A stretch of 64,000 nt of DNA, taken from the NCBI RefSeq assembly GCF_006345805.1, contig NC_043006.1:84630001-84694000 (forward strand), written 5' to 3'. The notes below the pieces were generated by a model. It was given only the letters and a program-made list of their open reading frames with translations. It was not told the origin of the DNA and made no database searches. Both the position numbers and the translations under genes were made by a program. The DNA comes from Octopus sinensis (taxonomy: Eukaryota). This document shows, one piece after another, positions 26,858-40,460 of the stretch (position 1 is its first letter; each line of letters opens with the position of its first letter).

Positions 26858-27018
26858 ACGGGCTTCTTTCAGTTTCCGTCTACCAAATACACTCACAAAG
26901 CTTTGGTCGGCCCGAGGCTATAGTAGAAGATACTTACACAAGGTGCCACGCAGTGGGACTGAACCCGGAACCGTGTGGCTGGTTAGCAAGCTACTTACCA
27001 CACAGCCACTCCTACGCC
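26589..27018 (-). mobile_element. SINE family A, full length
   Basis: Reverse complement of 44651-45125, including the internal microsatellite. Confidence 0.9.
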
Positions 27019-27242
27019 TATATACAATACTTCAAACATTCCCTCCTCTCTCTCTCTCACTCTCTGTCTCTCATTCTCTCTCGCTCTCTCGAATATACAT
27101 ACATATACATGTACATCTACAAGCGTATATACATGTGTGTATAAACGTACATACATATATACATACACGAATATTACGGTGGACTCTCTTGTCGTAAATG
27201 ACAGATTAGGGTTCACCAACTTCTTGCTAAACAATCTGCATA

Positions 27243-27448
27243 CATTCGTGGTCAAAAGTTTGGAACATAGGTCTGAAAATTAGAATTGTTTATATTTAAT
27301 GCCCGAAGTTATATTTGATATATAACTGACGATGGGATCAGTTGTTAGGTCAGAGTATCTCTACGTTGTATATATTCGAATTTAATTATATTTGGACATA
27401 ACAATTAAAAAATTTTTTTTTAATGTTCCAAACTTTTAGTCACAAATG
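27243..27448. mobile_element. Tc1-type MITE
   Basis: TA|cattcgtggtcaaaagtttggaaca ... tgttccaaacttttagtcacaaatg: ~25-bp TIRs. Confidence 0.75.
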
Positions 27449-27717
27449 TTTATAGTGATGATCAGATGTCTGCTCTGTTCATTAGCTCAATCGTTCCCTC
27501 CAGACACCTGTACAGGTGAACGGTGTGCTACACGTCAGATATCGAGGTGATCATAGAGCAGTGTGAATCGAACTGTTTTGCTGAAAGAAAAAAAAAGAAA
27601 TAAACAAATGTATCGCCCAATCCGCGAATCGAAATCACGATCCTAACTAGATTAGAGCAACACCATAACTACCAACCCACGCCGCTCCACGAGCATACTT
27701 ACAGGCATTTAACCAAT

Positions 27718-27761
<44 letters not shown>

Positions 27762-27802
27762 TATACATATATATATATATATACATATAATATATATATA
27801 TA

Positions 27803-27849
<47 letters not shown>

Positions 27850-28567
27850 ATATATGTGTATATATATACATATATAATACCCACTCACTCATATACACGC
27901 ACGCAGACAGACACACTTATGTAAAGTTTATATATACACTCGTATATATATAAACATATATATATGTATATATGACGTAGAACTCATGTAAATATAGATG
28001 TATGTTGGTTCTTAACAGCAGACAGTAAAGATAAGGTTCATTGATTAAGTTGCACTCGTTAACTTAAGCTAATTAAATACAAGCCGTGGTGGTATTCAAT
28101 AGATAAAGATCGGTTTCATTCCTTTCCTCTTTGTCTCCCAACCCACCGTTCCTTTATAGTGTTTGCATCACAACCTCTACCCCACCCTCCCTCTCTCACT
28201 CTCTCTCTCTTTCCGCTTCGTTAATCCACAGATAAAATATTATATATATATAAATATATGTGTACGTATGTATGCATATGTATAGATGTATGTATATATA
28301 TATATATAAATATATATATATATATGTACATATCCCACCTTCTGTCTTACACTCCATCTGCCTATTTCACCACCACACTTCTCTTACTGCGGTGCACTCA
28401 GATATATAAGTAACTTTGATCCTCATCAATATCTATTTGTACTAAAGTACTCAGTCCAATACAAGTGTGTCTGCATTTGTATGTTTATGTCTATGTATAT
28501 ATATACATACATATGTATATATGTATATACATACATATATAATACATACACACACACACACACACAC

Positions 28568-28630
<63 letters not shown>

Positions 28631-29246
28631 TGTACATTCGTACGTACGTATGTATGCATTTACTATACATGTATGTGTGCGTAAGTGTATTTATATAATA
28701 CTGTATTATAGATCCATTTCAGCCGATTTTACCAGTCGGTTTCGTACAGAGAGTTTGTGAAAGCCCAACTCCCGGCACTGACCAGAATACCTGATATGAA
28801 GCGTATGGCCCTATCTTTATATCCTTTCGTCTTCTACACTATATATTTATATCCCACTCTTCTTACATGAGGTGGGATTAGGTTTTCCCCAAAAAATCTG
28901 GTGAAAGAAACCGATTGGTATAATCGACTGAAATAGATCTCTAGTGCTGTATTGTATAAATATTTACATCTCCTCTCTTTTGACAGATATACGATTGCAT
29001 GTTTTTCTATCTGACACATGGATCTTTAGACTAATATACATATATACATACATGTATGTGTCTGTGTGAGCGCGCGTGTGTGCTTATGCATAAGTATATC
29101 TATTTATGTTTGCCTATGTATATATATTGTTGTGTTTAGGAATGGTCTTTTTGCCAGTTTAGCCAATAAAAACACACGCACTATATATTTGGTGTTACTT
29201 TGCTTCAGCGTTATTTATTTTTTACATTAATCTTAATCTTATTTCG

Positions 29247-29288
29247 GCCAGAGTTCTTTCATCACACTTCTGTGACCTCATCAGTGGT
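29247..29288 (-). ncRNA. Minimal type-I hammerhead ribozyme motif
   Basis: cca-CTGATGA-g-gtcac-agaagt-gtgat-GAAA-gaa-CTC-tgg. Confidence 0.6.
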
Positions 29289-29497
29289 TCTTTGTTTTTT
29301 TCTTTCATATTTGTGTGTCTCTCCTTACTAACGGTCAGCCATTTTGTCTATGAATATATAAATATTTATATTTTATTATATATTATGTATCTATGAATAT
29401 CTGACTCTGTCAATCTCTTTCGCCCACCCTCTCTCCTTCCTTCTCTCTCTCTCGCTCTCGCTGTATATATATAACAACTAATGGATAACGTTTCAAC

Positions 29498-29578
29498 CTA
29501 CTACAGCTGTTTCCAATGAGTTTTTAACTGATTAATGGAGAAATTACATTATTGGAATAAGCCGTTTTCATCAGGTGA
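29498..29578 (-). ncRNA. Hammerhead-like motif with long, poorly paired stem II
   Basis: cac-CTGATGA-(54 nt, ccaat/attgg)-GAAAC-agct-GTA-gt. Confidence 0.4.
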
Positions 29579-29938
29579 ATACATGAATCACAACATTTAA
29601 ATACATTCAACATCCAACAGTTGTTTCATGATTCTATGACCAGTACTGCTCTTCAAATTTAAAACACCAAAAGGGAAATAAATGAAACAGAAGGATGTTA
29701 CAATTTCTGCGTTTGAACGACTGGCTGCAACAGATGGGGAACGTAAGACGTGAACTTGCATTCGTAGAGAGGATATAGAAGAAGAGAGAAAATTTGTGAA
29801 AGAGGGAGGAGAAAAGAGAAATGAAAAGTGGAAGAGAGTGCGTACAAGTGAGATAGAGGCCCCGAAAGGTTTCATGTCTGAATTTAAAACGCTGCTGCTT
29901 CCGTTTATTTGAGTGACGCCATCTTGGATTGTTACATA

Positions 29939-29977
<39 letters not shown>

Positions 29978-30325
29978 ATAGATATATGCGTGCGTGTGTG
30001 TGAGTGTGTGTGTGTGTGTATTTGTGGCATTTTGTTTCTACGGTCTCTCGCGCTCTCTCTACTTTATATGTAAGTGTCAGTGTGTGTGTATGTAAATAGA
30101 TAGGTATACACACACACACACACACACACACACATATGTATATATACATATAAAAACAAAAGTACAGACATATAACCATGCATATGTACATATACACGTA
30201 TGTATAAATATACATATATATGAATATGCATGAACATACTTTTATATACCATGTATGTATATATGTATATGTACATATATGTATATATACACACATATAC
30301 ATAGATATATCATATGTTATATATG

Positions 30326-30358
<33 letters not shown>

Positions 30359-31229
30359 ATATATAATATATACATACGCAGACACATATATGTATATATG
30401 TATGTGTGAATATATGTACATACACACACACATACGCACACACATATATATATTTCTATATATATATGTGTGTGTATGTATTATGTATACATATACACAC
30501 TCTACTCACTATCTCCACTTGCGGTTCGTTAAGCAACGCCTACGTCGATATTATTTAACATCGTCTGCTTACCCCATCCACAATCAAGCATTCTCCCTAT
30601 TACTGTCTGTAAGCATATGATATGATATAAATTTTCTTCTTTCTCTCCTTTATATTTACAGATCATTGTTCTCTTCGTCTTCGTGGTGTTGGGTTGCTTT
30701 AATTACTTCAGAGCTAATCCTAATCCCAATCCATCAATCAGTCATTTTTTTTTGTTTTTCTTTTTTTGCTTTCTGTCCAGGACTGAACAAAAAAAAAATA
30801 TATATTTGACACTCAGCAAACCATTTATATTTATCACTGACACCAGTCATATGTAACTCGGTAATTTTCGCCATTTTATATATGCTGTGTGTAGGTTTGT
30901 GTATATATGTATGCATGTAAATGTGTCTATGTGTGTATATACATACATATGTATATGTATGTTTGTATATGTATCTATGTATATATATATATATATAAAT
31001 CTGTATATACCAATATCTATCTATATATATATATATATATATATGTGGGTGTGTGGGTGTGGGTGGGTGTGGGTGTGTATGTATGTATATATATATATAT
31101 AAACAGAAAATGGAGATAACCTCTAACTTAACCATACCTATTTGTATATATGTATATGTATATATATATACATACATACATACATATATAATATACATAT
31201 ATGTATTCATATGTATGTGTGTGCATAAT

Positions 31230-31274
<45 letters not shown>

Positions 31275-31739
31275 GCCCACACACGCTCACACACATATAC
31301 ATGCAATTAATGTACGCACATATAAGCATACACATATATTAATGTAGGCGAAAGAAAGACTACGATTAATCAATAATAAACACAGGCTGATATAGTTTAT
31401 TTAAACCGGAATACTTAAAAAGAAATTGTCATTGAGTTTCACACTGCCGATCTTCGGGCGATTACGAAAAGTGAAACATTAAGCTTCTTATATAAAGAGT
31501 ACACAGAAAATATTAGCCTTGTGTTAACCTATCAGTTAACCTATTATGTTGAGGACTGATAGGTAAACACAAGGTTACAAAGGAATAGTATTGGTTGACA
31601 GTGTAATAAGTGTATGTCAAATGTTATGAGTTGGAGAGGCGTGTGACTTTGTGACAAGTACCATGTTTTTACTAATTGTTTTAAGTGCTCCTGTAGTCAC
31701 GAACAGACACAGTCAAACACTCACACACACACACACACA

Positions 31740-32051
31740 CTTTCTCTCTCTCTCTCTTTCTTTCTCTCTCTCTTTCTCTATTCTCTCTCTCTTTCTCTAT
31801 TCTCTCTCTCTTTCTCTATTCTCTCTCTCTTTCTCTATTCTCTCTCTCTTTCTCTATTCTCTCTCTTTTTCTCTCTCTCTTCTTTCTCTCTTTCTCTATT
31901 CTCTCTCTCTTTCTCTATTCTCTCTCTTTTTCCCTCTCTCTTCTTTCTCTCTTTCTCTCTCTTCTCTCTCTCTCTTTCTCTTCTCTCTTTCTCTCTCTCT
32001 TTCTCTTTCTATCACTCTCTCTTTCTCTTTCTATCACTCTCTGTTTCTCTC

Positions 32052-32083
<32 letters not shown>

Positions 32084-32085
32084 TC
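31740..32085 (+). repeat. (CT)n-derived polypyrimidine tract with higher-order ctttctctatt units
   Basis: Seen directly in the sequence. Confidence 0.85.
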
Positions 32086-32593
32086 TTCTTTTTCTCTTTG
32101 ACCTTCAACCCTTGACCTAGCAGAAAATACTTTTTCCTTCTTTTTCCGTTTAAATTATTTAAAGTGTTACTTCCTTTATATCAAAGTGTTTCATAGGTTC
32201 TGTTGAGCACTTTGTTATAAAGAAGATCAATAAATATATTCATTCACAAAGAAATCTACTTGATTTAGCCATTTCAAATTTGTCCAGTACTTATTCTATC
32301 AATTGTCGAACCGCTAAGTTGGGGGACATAAATAAACACAAAACAAACACGCGCATGCACACATATACATATAAATGTGTGTGTGTGTATGTTGTGTGTG
32401 TGTGTGTGTGTGTGTGTGCGTGCGTGCGCGCTATCACAGTTTCTCTCTATCACATTAACTAACCAGATTTTGGTCGATCCATGCCATCGGAGAAAATACT
32501 TAAACAAAGAGCAGCGCAGTTGGATTGAACTCGAAAACACATTGTTGCATAGCGAGCTTCTTAACCACGCCTTTGCACACGCACACACACACG

Positions 32594-32624
<31 letters not shown>

Positions 32625-32684
32625 GCATATGTATATGTGTGTGATTTGTATGTATATATATCTATGTATATACATGTATATATG

Positions 32685-32751
<67 letters not shown>

Positions 32752-32752
<1 letters not shown>

Positions 32753-33061
32753 TGCTGACCTGAGACCCCCTTCGGTCATGAATGACCATGGGATTGCACC
32801 TAGAAAGTTACCCTCCCAGGCACAAGTCCAGGCAAGTTTGTTTATGGAAGACCAGCAGTCGTCCATGCATACCGGCCTCCCTCTCCACAGGAATGGCAAA
32901 GATACCAATACAGCTTGGCACCTGTGACGTCGCAACTCATTTCTACAGCTGAGGGAACTGGAGCAACGTGAAATAAAGTGTCTTGCACAAGAACACAACA
33001 CCCAGCCCGGTCCGGATTCGAACTCACAACTTCCCGATCGTAAGTTCGATGCTCTAACCAT
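32752..33061 (-). mobile_element. SINE family D (tRNA-like head, tgtgttcttgtgcaagacactt core)
   Basis: Minus strand reads tggttagagc..gagttcgaatcc (A/B box-like), followed by a conserved-core-like segment. Confidence 0.7.
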
Positions 33062-35904
33062 ATATATCCATTATTATGTATGGATATATGTATATATATA
33101 TAAATATATATGTATGTATGTATACATACACACACACATATATATATATATATATATTATAAATATATGTGTATATGTGTATATATGTGTATATATATAT
33201 ATATAAATATATGTGTATATATATAAATATATGTGTATCTGCCACATTCTCTCTCTCTCTTTCTTACATTTCTATCTCTTTCATTTCTTACATTTCTATC
33301 TCTTTCTTACATTTTTATACCTTATCTGTCTCTCCATCCACCAGACCCTCTATTTCCGCTCTCACTCTCCCCTCCTCTCTCTCTCTTTCCTCCCCCTCTC
33401 TCTCTCTGCCATCGTTTCTCTTTCTGCATCTCTCTCTCAGATCAACCTTCTCACATCTCACCCCCTTCCCAGTTCCTCAACTTCACTCATTCTCTCTTGT
33501 ATCTATATACCGCCCTCCTTCTCTCTCTCTCTCTCTGTTACTCCCCCTCCCTCTCTCTGCCTCTTTTCTCTACGCTCCGTCACAGGTCAAACCCCTTTTG
33601 CTCTTCCCCTTCTGTCCCCTTATTTCTTTCTCTACACTACCCTCCCTGTCCCTTTACTACACTCTCTTGCACCTCTGTCGCGCCCCCTCTTTCACTCTCC
33701 CCCCTTTTTTCTTCCTACCTTTCCTCTCCCTGCTCCCTCTAATGCTCACCCCCCTTGTCTCTTTTTTCCTCTTTCTGTCTCCTTCCTCCACACCTCCCTC
33801 TCTGTCCCTTTACTTCACTCCCGGGTACCTCTATCCCGCCCTCTCTCTCTCTCTCCCTCTCCATTTTATCTCTCCGTCTTTCTTCTTCCTGCTCCCCCTA
33901 GGGTCCATCCTCTTGTCTCTCTTTTCCACCCTGTCCCTTTACTTTCTTTCTACTACACCTCTATCCCGCTCACTCTCCCCCTGCTGACCTGCCATTCTTT
34001 CTCTTTTTTCCCTCTTTATTTTCTCTTTTTCTCTTTTTTCTCTCTTCTCTCAAGACAATGCCCTCGTCTCTCTCTCTATCCCCCCTGGCTTTTCTCCTTT
34101 CTCCTCTCCCTCTCCGGTCAACCATCTTATCTTTCCTTCTCTCTCTGTTCCTATATTTCACTTTCACTATATCTCAGACGAAAATGTCAAGAAACTGGTC
34201 TGCGAGAGAGGTGCAATTGTTCGTCCGCGCTTGGAGGATTGCTTAGGACGACTCGCCGAACAATATCATTACAGCGGCGCTGAAGAGCAATGATTTTTCA
34301 AGAACCACTGCCCAGATAGAGCGAAAGAAAAGAACGAGAATTTATCCGTTCATACGCTCTAATCAGGCAACATGTAGACACCCTGGACATCATCCTAGGA
34401 GGTGACGGCACCAGGGAAGGCCAAAGGATGAAGGAGAAAAACATAAGAAACCAACGAAAAACCAAACCGAGAAACCTAGAACACAGGGAAAAAAATGACA
34501 CATGTCCAGCTCACAACACCACAACTGAAGACCAAAGAGGTGCGATGGCCGCAAGAAAGAAAAGCACCTAAAATTGATGGGAGGAAAACAGGAGGAAAAG
34601 GCGACAAAATCAAAGCAAAAAGAAACCTGTCCAGAGAAAACAAAAGGACCCCAGCAAGAACTATAAGGGCCAAGAAAGAAAACATCTGCAAATTCTACCT
34701 GAAGGGGGAGTGCTGGTGACGGCGTCGAAGGTGCGAACTGTCGCTTTGCACATCAGAGGCACTACCAAACCGCACGGACGCGAGACGGGGTCCCTCCCTT
34801 GGGGAGACAAACAGAAAAAGGAAAAAGAAAAATATAAAAGAAGGAAAAAAAGCGCACCTGACCACTCCTGAAAGACGATATGCGGATGTGATGCGCGTAA
34901 CCCAGCTTCATCCAGATGTGAGAAGGCAGCAGCTGAACAGCAATCTTTTTTGTGCATGGCACAAAAAATTGTTCAGCAGCTGACCTGGTACAAGCACAAA
35001 GCTGGAACTACACCACATAATGCCACCACCAACAGATGCAAGATGGCCACCACAGGACACCAACACCCAACACACACCACAAAAAATATTTCTACTGTAC
35101 GTAGGAGGGCTGCTGCGCGGAAACTGTAAAAGAAAATCTCATTCCTGAGAGACCTTGTGACATGCAATCAAGCTATATGGCATGGGACTCACAGAACGCA
35201 TCTTGAACCCGATATAGGTGATGCAGAAACATAACATGCCGCATATGCAGTCATATGCACAGATAGAAAAGGGAGGAGCATGGTGGAGTTGCAATGTACA
35301 TCCAGATGACCTCACGCCCAGGTCTGTTGTCATATTCAAACTCAGTGTGTGAAACTCAAATTGTACACATAAGACAACTGAATATCGTCATATGCACTAC
35401 ATATCGCCTACCAGATGCCCCAAATCACTCAGGCATGTTTGAAGATGCCTAACAAAATAGGAGAAGTCCTCCCCAACCTTGAACAACACAACAGTGTATT
35501 CTCATGGGGACTTTAACCTCCCCAATGTGGAATGGCCTGGGGGGGGGCAGATGCTCCCAGGGATGACACATCATCAGCAGGCGCAGGGTAGAGTCCCTGC
35601 TCCATCTCACAAATGCCTCTTTCATGGAGCAAATAGTTCTGCAACCAACAAGGGCAGATAATATACTGGATCTCTGCTTCACAAACAATATGGTATTATC
35701 CATAATGTTAATGTGATGCCGACCATGATCTCGGATCACAACATAATAGAGCGTTATGTATGGAACAAAAGCCCCCGTGACACACCAGCCTATACGAAGC
35801 ATCCACCATCTCGCCAACTTAAACTTTCATAAAGCAAACTGGAAGTTGATTGAGAAAGAGATCCTCAAACATGGCCTAAATGTCTCTCCACACCGGACAT
35901 AAAC

Positions 35905-37023
35905 ATGAAACACAAACACTTCATGTCCATAATACAAGTCATATGTGACAAATATGTCCCAGTGTGCAGGGCCAGCACACACAAAAACAAAAACAGGATC
36001 TCTAGAGAAAGGAAGATTCTTATGGGACAACGGACAAGGATTGCGAACCGCCTGAGCAAACACACCAAAAGTGGTGAGAAGTCTCGGCTCGAGAGAATGC
36101 TAATGGAAATTGAGAAAAGTCTGCATCAGTCCCATGAAAAGGAGAGAGCAGATAAAGAATTTTGGGTAATAGAAAATATAAAATCAAACCCTAAAGCTTT
36201 CTTTAAGTTTGCCAAAGAGACAGCCACAGTGCACCAGAGAATAGGACCTCTCTTCCAAAAAGATGGCTCTCTCACAGGAAATCCCACGAGGATAAGTGAA
36301 ATACTGAACGAACAATTCCAAAGTGTGTTCACTACACCTCTAGGACACAGGCAAGTAAACAACCCAGAAGAATTCTTTGCCACTTTACCTGCGGCCAAAG
36401 AGGCAAAAATTGAGTACATCAACATCGAAGATGATGATATCACACTAGCCATAGATGAGATTGGCACAAACTCAGCTGCTGGACCTGATGGATTCCCAGC
36501 GATCCTTCTCAAATCGTGCAAACGAGCCCTTGCAAAACCGCTACAGCTTCTTTTTCAGAGCTTTCTTGCAAGTGGTAAGCTCCCAGTCAAATTGAAAGGG
36601 GGTTTAATATGCCCTATCCATAAGGGAGGTAGCAGAGCAGATGCTAAAAATTATAGGCCTATCTCTCTGACCTCACACATCAGCAAAGTCATGGAACGAA
36701 TAGTCCGTAAGAAACTAATCATGTTCCTTGAAGAAAATGACTTGCTGGCTGACACCCAGCATGGATTTCGACCAGGTAGAAGCTGCCTAACACAGCTCCT
36801 GCAACACTATGACTGGGTGTTGAAACAGCTACTAAATGGCTCAAATGTGGATGTAATATATCTCGACTTTGCAAAAGCCTTTGATAAGGTCGACCATGGT
36901 ATGTTCTGTCACAAACTGCGTGGTCTCGGCATAGGCGGAAAACTTGGAGAGTGGCTGCACAACTTCCTAAAAGACAGAAAGCAGGCAGTTGTGAGCAATG
37001 GAGCCACCTCCAAGGAAACATAA
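35905..37023 (+). pseudogene. LINE ORF2 reverse transcriptase (N-part; disrupted)
   Basis: AAGPDG, NYRPISLTS..K.MERI, QHGFRPGRSC, YLDFAKAFDKVDH. A stop precedes SGVPQG, and YADD follows at ~37105. Confidence 0.92.
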
Positions 37024-37096
37024 ATAGCAAGCGGTGTCCCACAGGGCACTGTCTTGGCCCTTTCAGACATGCCTTCAGTTGCTACGATGACCACCC

Positions 37097-37879
37097 TTGC
37101 TAGCTATGCAGATGACACAAAAGTCTCCCACGCAATATAAAACCCTGAAAATATTGCGCATCTGCAACAGGAGTTGGACACAATATGCATTGGGCATTGA
37201 CATGAGCAATGATGCATCTTTCCAAGTGCATATTGCTAATCTGGTGATAAAATGCAGACGGCTAGCTGGATGGATTCTCCGAACTTTCAGAACAAGAGAG
37301 AAGGAGACACTGATGGTCCTATGGAAAACATTCGTCCTCAGCCGCTTGGACTACTGCTCCCAACTGTGGTCACCACACAATATAAAACTAACAGCAGAAC
37401 TCGAAGCAATTCAGAGTAGCTACACAAAGAAAATCGTCTCAATGCAAAATATCAGCTACTGGGAAAGACTGAAGGTATTAAACCTCTTCTCCCTAGAGCG
37501 GAGGCGGGAGAGATATGCGGTGATATACATCTGGAAAATCCTGGAGGGTCTTGTCCCAAACTTTGGCATTCAAAGTTACCCCATCCGCAGAACGGGCCGC
37601 CACTGCCTGGTGCCAAGGATTCCAACATCACCATCAAAATACAGGTCCAGATACTGCAACAGCTTGGGTTTCAGGGGACCACAGCTCTTTAACATCCTCC
37701 CTAAATGCCTGAGAGACTTACATGGTGTGGATGTGGGTTTCTTTAAAACTAAACTGGATCTCTTCTTGTCGGGAGTCCCAGATGAACCTACCTCACGACA
37801 GGAGACACAGATGCGGGCAGCAGCATCGAACTCCCTTGTTGATCAAATGCCACGTATCAGAGGTGGATTCACAAATTAG
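37097..37879 (+). pseudogene. LINE ORF2 C-terminal part
   Basis: SRLDYCSQLWSP, Y.ERLK.LNLFSLERRRER, GPQLFNILP. Confidence 0.9.
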
Positions 37880-37993
37880 TGTAGCTCATTCAGCGGTGGT
37901 GCCCCAGCATGGCCGCGGCCCTCGGGCTAAAACATTTTAAAGGATTTAAGGATATATATATATTCATGCACATATTTTATATATATGTACATA

Positions 37994-38027
<34 letters not shown>

Positions 38028-38077
38028 TGCGTGTGTTTTTTATTGGCTAAACTGGCAATATGACCATTCCGAAATAT

Positions 38078-38144
<67 letters not shown>

Positions 38145-38442
38145 ATATATATAGACATGTGCATATATTATATATATGTATATATACATATATATAGATA
38201 TAAATATGTACATATATATATTTTAGTTTTGTAAAGGTGGAAGAATATATGAATATATGTATCTATTTGATAATCGAGTGTGGATCTTAATTATGTTCCT
38301 CTAGTTTCCGCTTGCATTGACTCCGTTCAAATTAAGAAGTGAAATATAGCTCACTCGGAGCACAACTCCAGTCTGTAAATTTTGCGAGTAAAGGTAACAA
38401 TAGCAATCTCAAAATAAAGCTGTGTATTTTATGTATGTATAT

Positions 38443-38997
38443 GTCTTCGGAAGATCCTCAACATCAGCTGGAAAGACAGAAGAACTAACGATAGCGTGCT
38501 ACAAGAAGCAAAAATGACCAGCATCGAAGCCTATGTCATCAAAGGCCAACTAAGATGGAGCGGCCACGTGGTTAGAATGACTGACGAACGACTTCCCAAA
38601 CAGATCTTCTACTCCCAACTCAAAGACGGCAAGCGTACAAAAGGAGGCCAGAAGAAACGCTACAAGGACTCCCTGAAATCGAACCTCAAAAAGTGTGACA
38701 TTGACTTCACCAACTGGGAGGAAACGGCAAAAAACAGACCACTCTGGAAAACCACCATCCATGAGGGAACGGCGAATTTCGAGTCGAAAAGGTCTGCAGA
38801 GCTGGAGGAGAAAAGACGACGACGGAAGGAGCGCCAACAACAACCACGTGCGACTCTCCCTTCCGGCACTAGATGTCCGCACTGTGACCGATCTTTCCGA
38901 GCAAGAATTGGTCTAATCAGTCACCTGCGGACTCACCAATAAATTTGCGCGAAGACCATCATCCTCGACCTTGAGGGATTGCCATAGTAGTAGTAGT
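38443..38997 (+). mobile_element. RTE-clade LINE 3' fragment
   Basis: QLRWSGHVVRM..RLPKQIFY..GGQKKRYKD and a C-terminal CPHC..SHLRTH zinc finger; short 3' UTR stem-loop and (TAG)n tail. Confidence 0.9.
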
Positions 38998-39273
38998 ATA
39001 TGTATATATATGATATATGATAGATCGTTAGCCACTACACACATTTTTTTCTCTCCTTGTTTTTTTCTGTGTCCCTTCCTGTAGAAGAACGTAGGCTCGA
39101 AACATAAACGACTTTTTCTATTCCTGAGCATTATACTAATATATCTGTTTATTTTGTACCCCACCTGTCTTTGTTTTTTGTTTTCTCTCTCTCTATATAT
39201 ATATATATAAATAAATAAATATATATACGTATATATATACACATATATATATACAAACACACACACACACACA

Positions 39274-39308
<35 letters not shown>

Positions 39309-39389
39309 GATCAATAAATGGTGGGGTTGTGTTGACCGCACGTGGAGAAATGATAAGTAAGGAAAAATTTTTTTTTAAAAAACTCTTGA

Positions 39390-39850
39390 CAAATGCCAAA
39401 CTTCACACACCACATCCACCCCCAACAGTAAAAAAATGTGCACGCTCAACTGTGGTACCTGCCCCTTTCTACTTGAAGCTCTTGAATTTACCTTCAAACA
39501 AGGTACGAAGTTTAAAATCAAGACTAACTTCCGTTCCTCCGAGAACCTTATCTACGTTCTCACATGCGCTGGTTGCCAACATTAATTATGTTGACAAACG
39601 AGTCTCCCGTTACGTAAACGAGTAACGGTGCTTAAAGAAACAAATAAATCTCCCGGAATACCGACAAATTCCACTGAGTGACCCCTTAGACTCATGTGCT
39701 AAAGACTTAAACCCCAAATTCTATATATTCCTCTCTACCAATGTAAAAGACGGGATCACCACACAGGAGAGAATTAAAGGAGGAAATCTCTTTATTGAAA
39801 AATTCCAAAAAACACAACTTAATATGCAAACTCCTCGTTGATCAAAATTC
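39390..39850 (+). mobile_element. Penelope-like GIY-YIG endonuclease remnant
   Basis: NLIYVLTCAGC..QTSLPLRKRV..EYRQIPLS..FIEKF..QLN, with stops and frameshifts. Confidence 0.7.
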
Positions 39851-40460
39851 CTTTCTACCTCACTCTTCATGGATGGACTAACACAAATATATAAAGATAC
39901 CATGCATTCATCACTTCAAGCTAAAACTTATATTCTTTAAATATCATTTTTACTATTGTTGTTATTACTATCATTTTTATTATAAATGATATGACAATTT
40001 GAAATAAATGCAATTGTCTATGCAGATTTATATTATTAGAAAATAATATAATAAAGTGTAAAATCTGAAAGTTAAGTTAACAAGCAATTATATAAAAAAA
40101 GATAATGCAAATGAAGCTAAATAATTTTGGGTTTTATGAAGAACTCAAAAGAGTGTCTCCCCTTACTCACAACACAGGAACTGAAGAAACAGGACCACAA
40201 TTACTACTACTTCCTGTCCTGCAACATGCTGAATTTAACAACAAACACATCACATGCTCTTAATCCCTTTGGATTCTTAACACCTCAAGGTAATTTTTTG
40301 GTAAAACAACCATAAAACTCAAGATACACAACGAAACTACAATGTATCGGAGAACTTATTTTTTAATTTTTGTACATTTTATCATTATTCTTTTACAAAA
40401 AACAATGCATTTTCTTTTTTCCCCTTTCTAATTTTAAAAAAAACTTCTTAAAACATAAAT

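Larger units (their letters stand above)
34180..37953 (+). mobile_element. Near full-length decayed CR1/L2-group LINE (ORF1 CCCH remnant, APE endonuclease, RT)
   Basis: CKFYLKGEC..NCRFAH at 34687; YR.PD, GDFNLP, LDL and SDH endonuclease motifs at 35400-35740; RT downstream; 3' stem-loop and tttaaggat tail. Confidence 0.9.

Noticed and set aside
31425-31462. Minus-strand CCGAAGA..GAAAC motif
   Set aside because: Stem II and the cleavage-site pairing are not convincing.
33169-34283. Long 272/356-aa ORFs
   Set aside because: They are open only because the polypyrimidine tract lacks stop codons.
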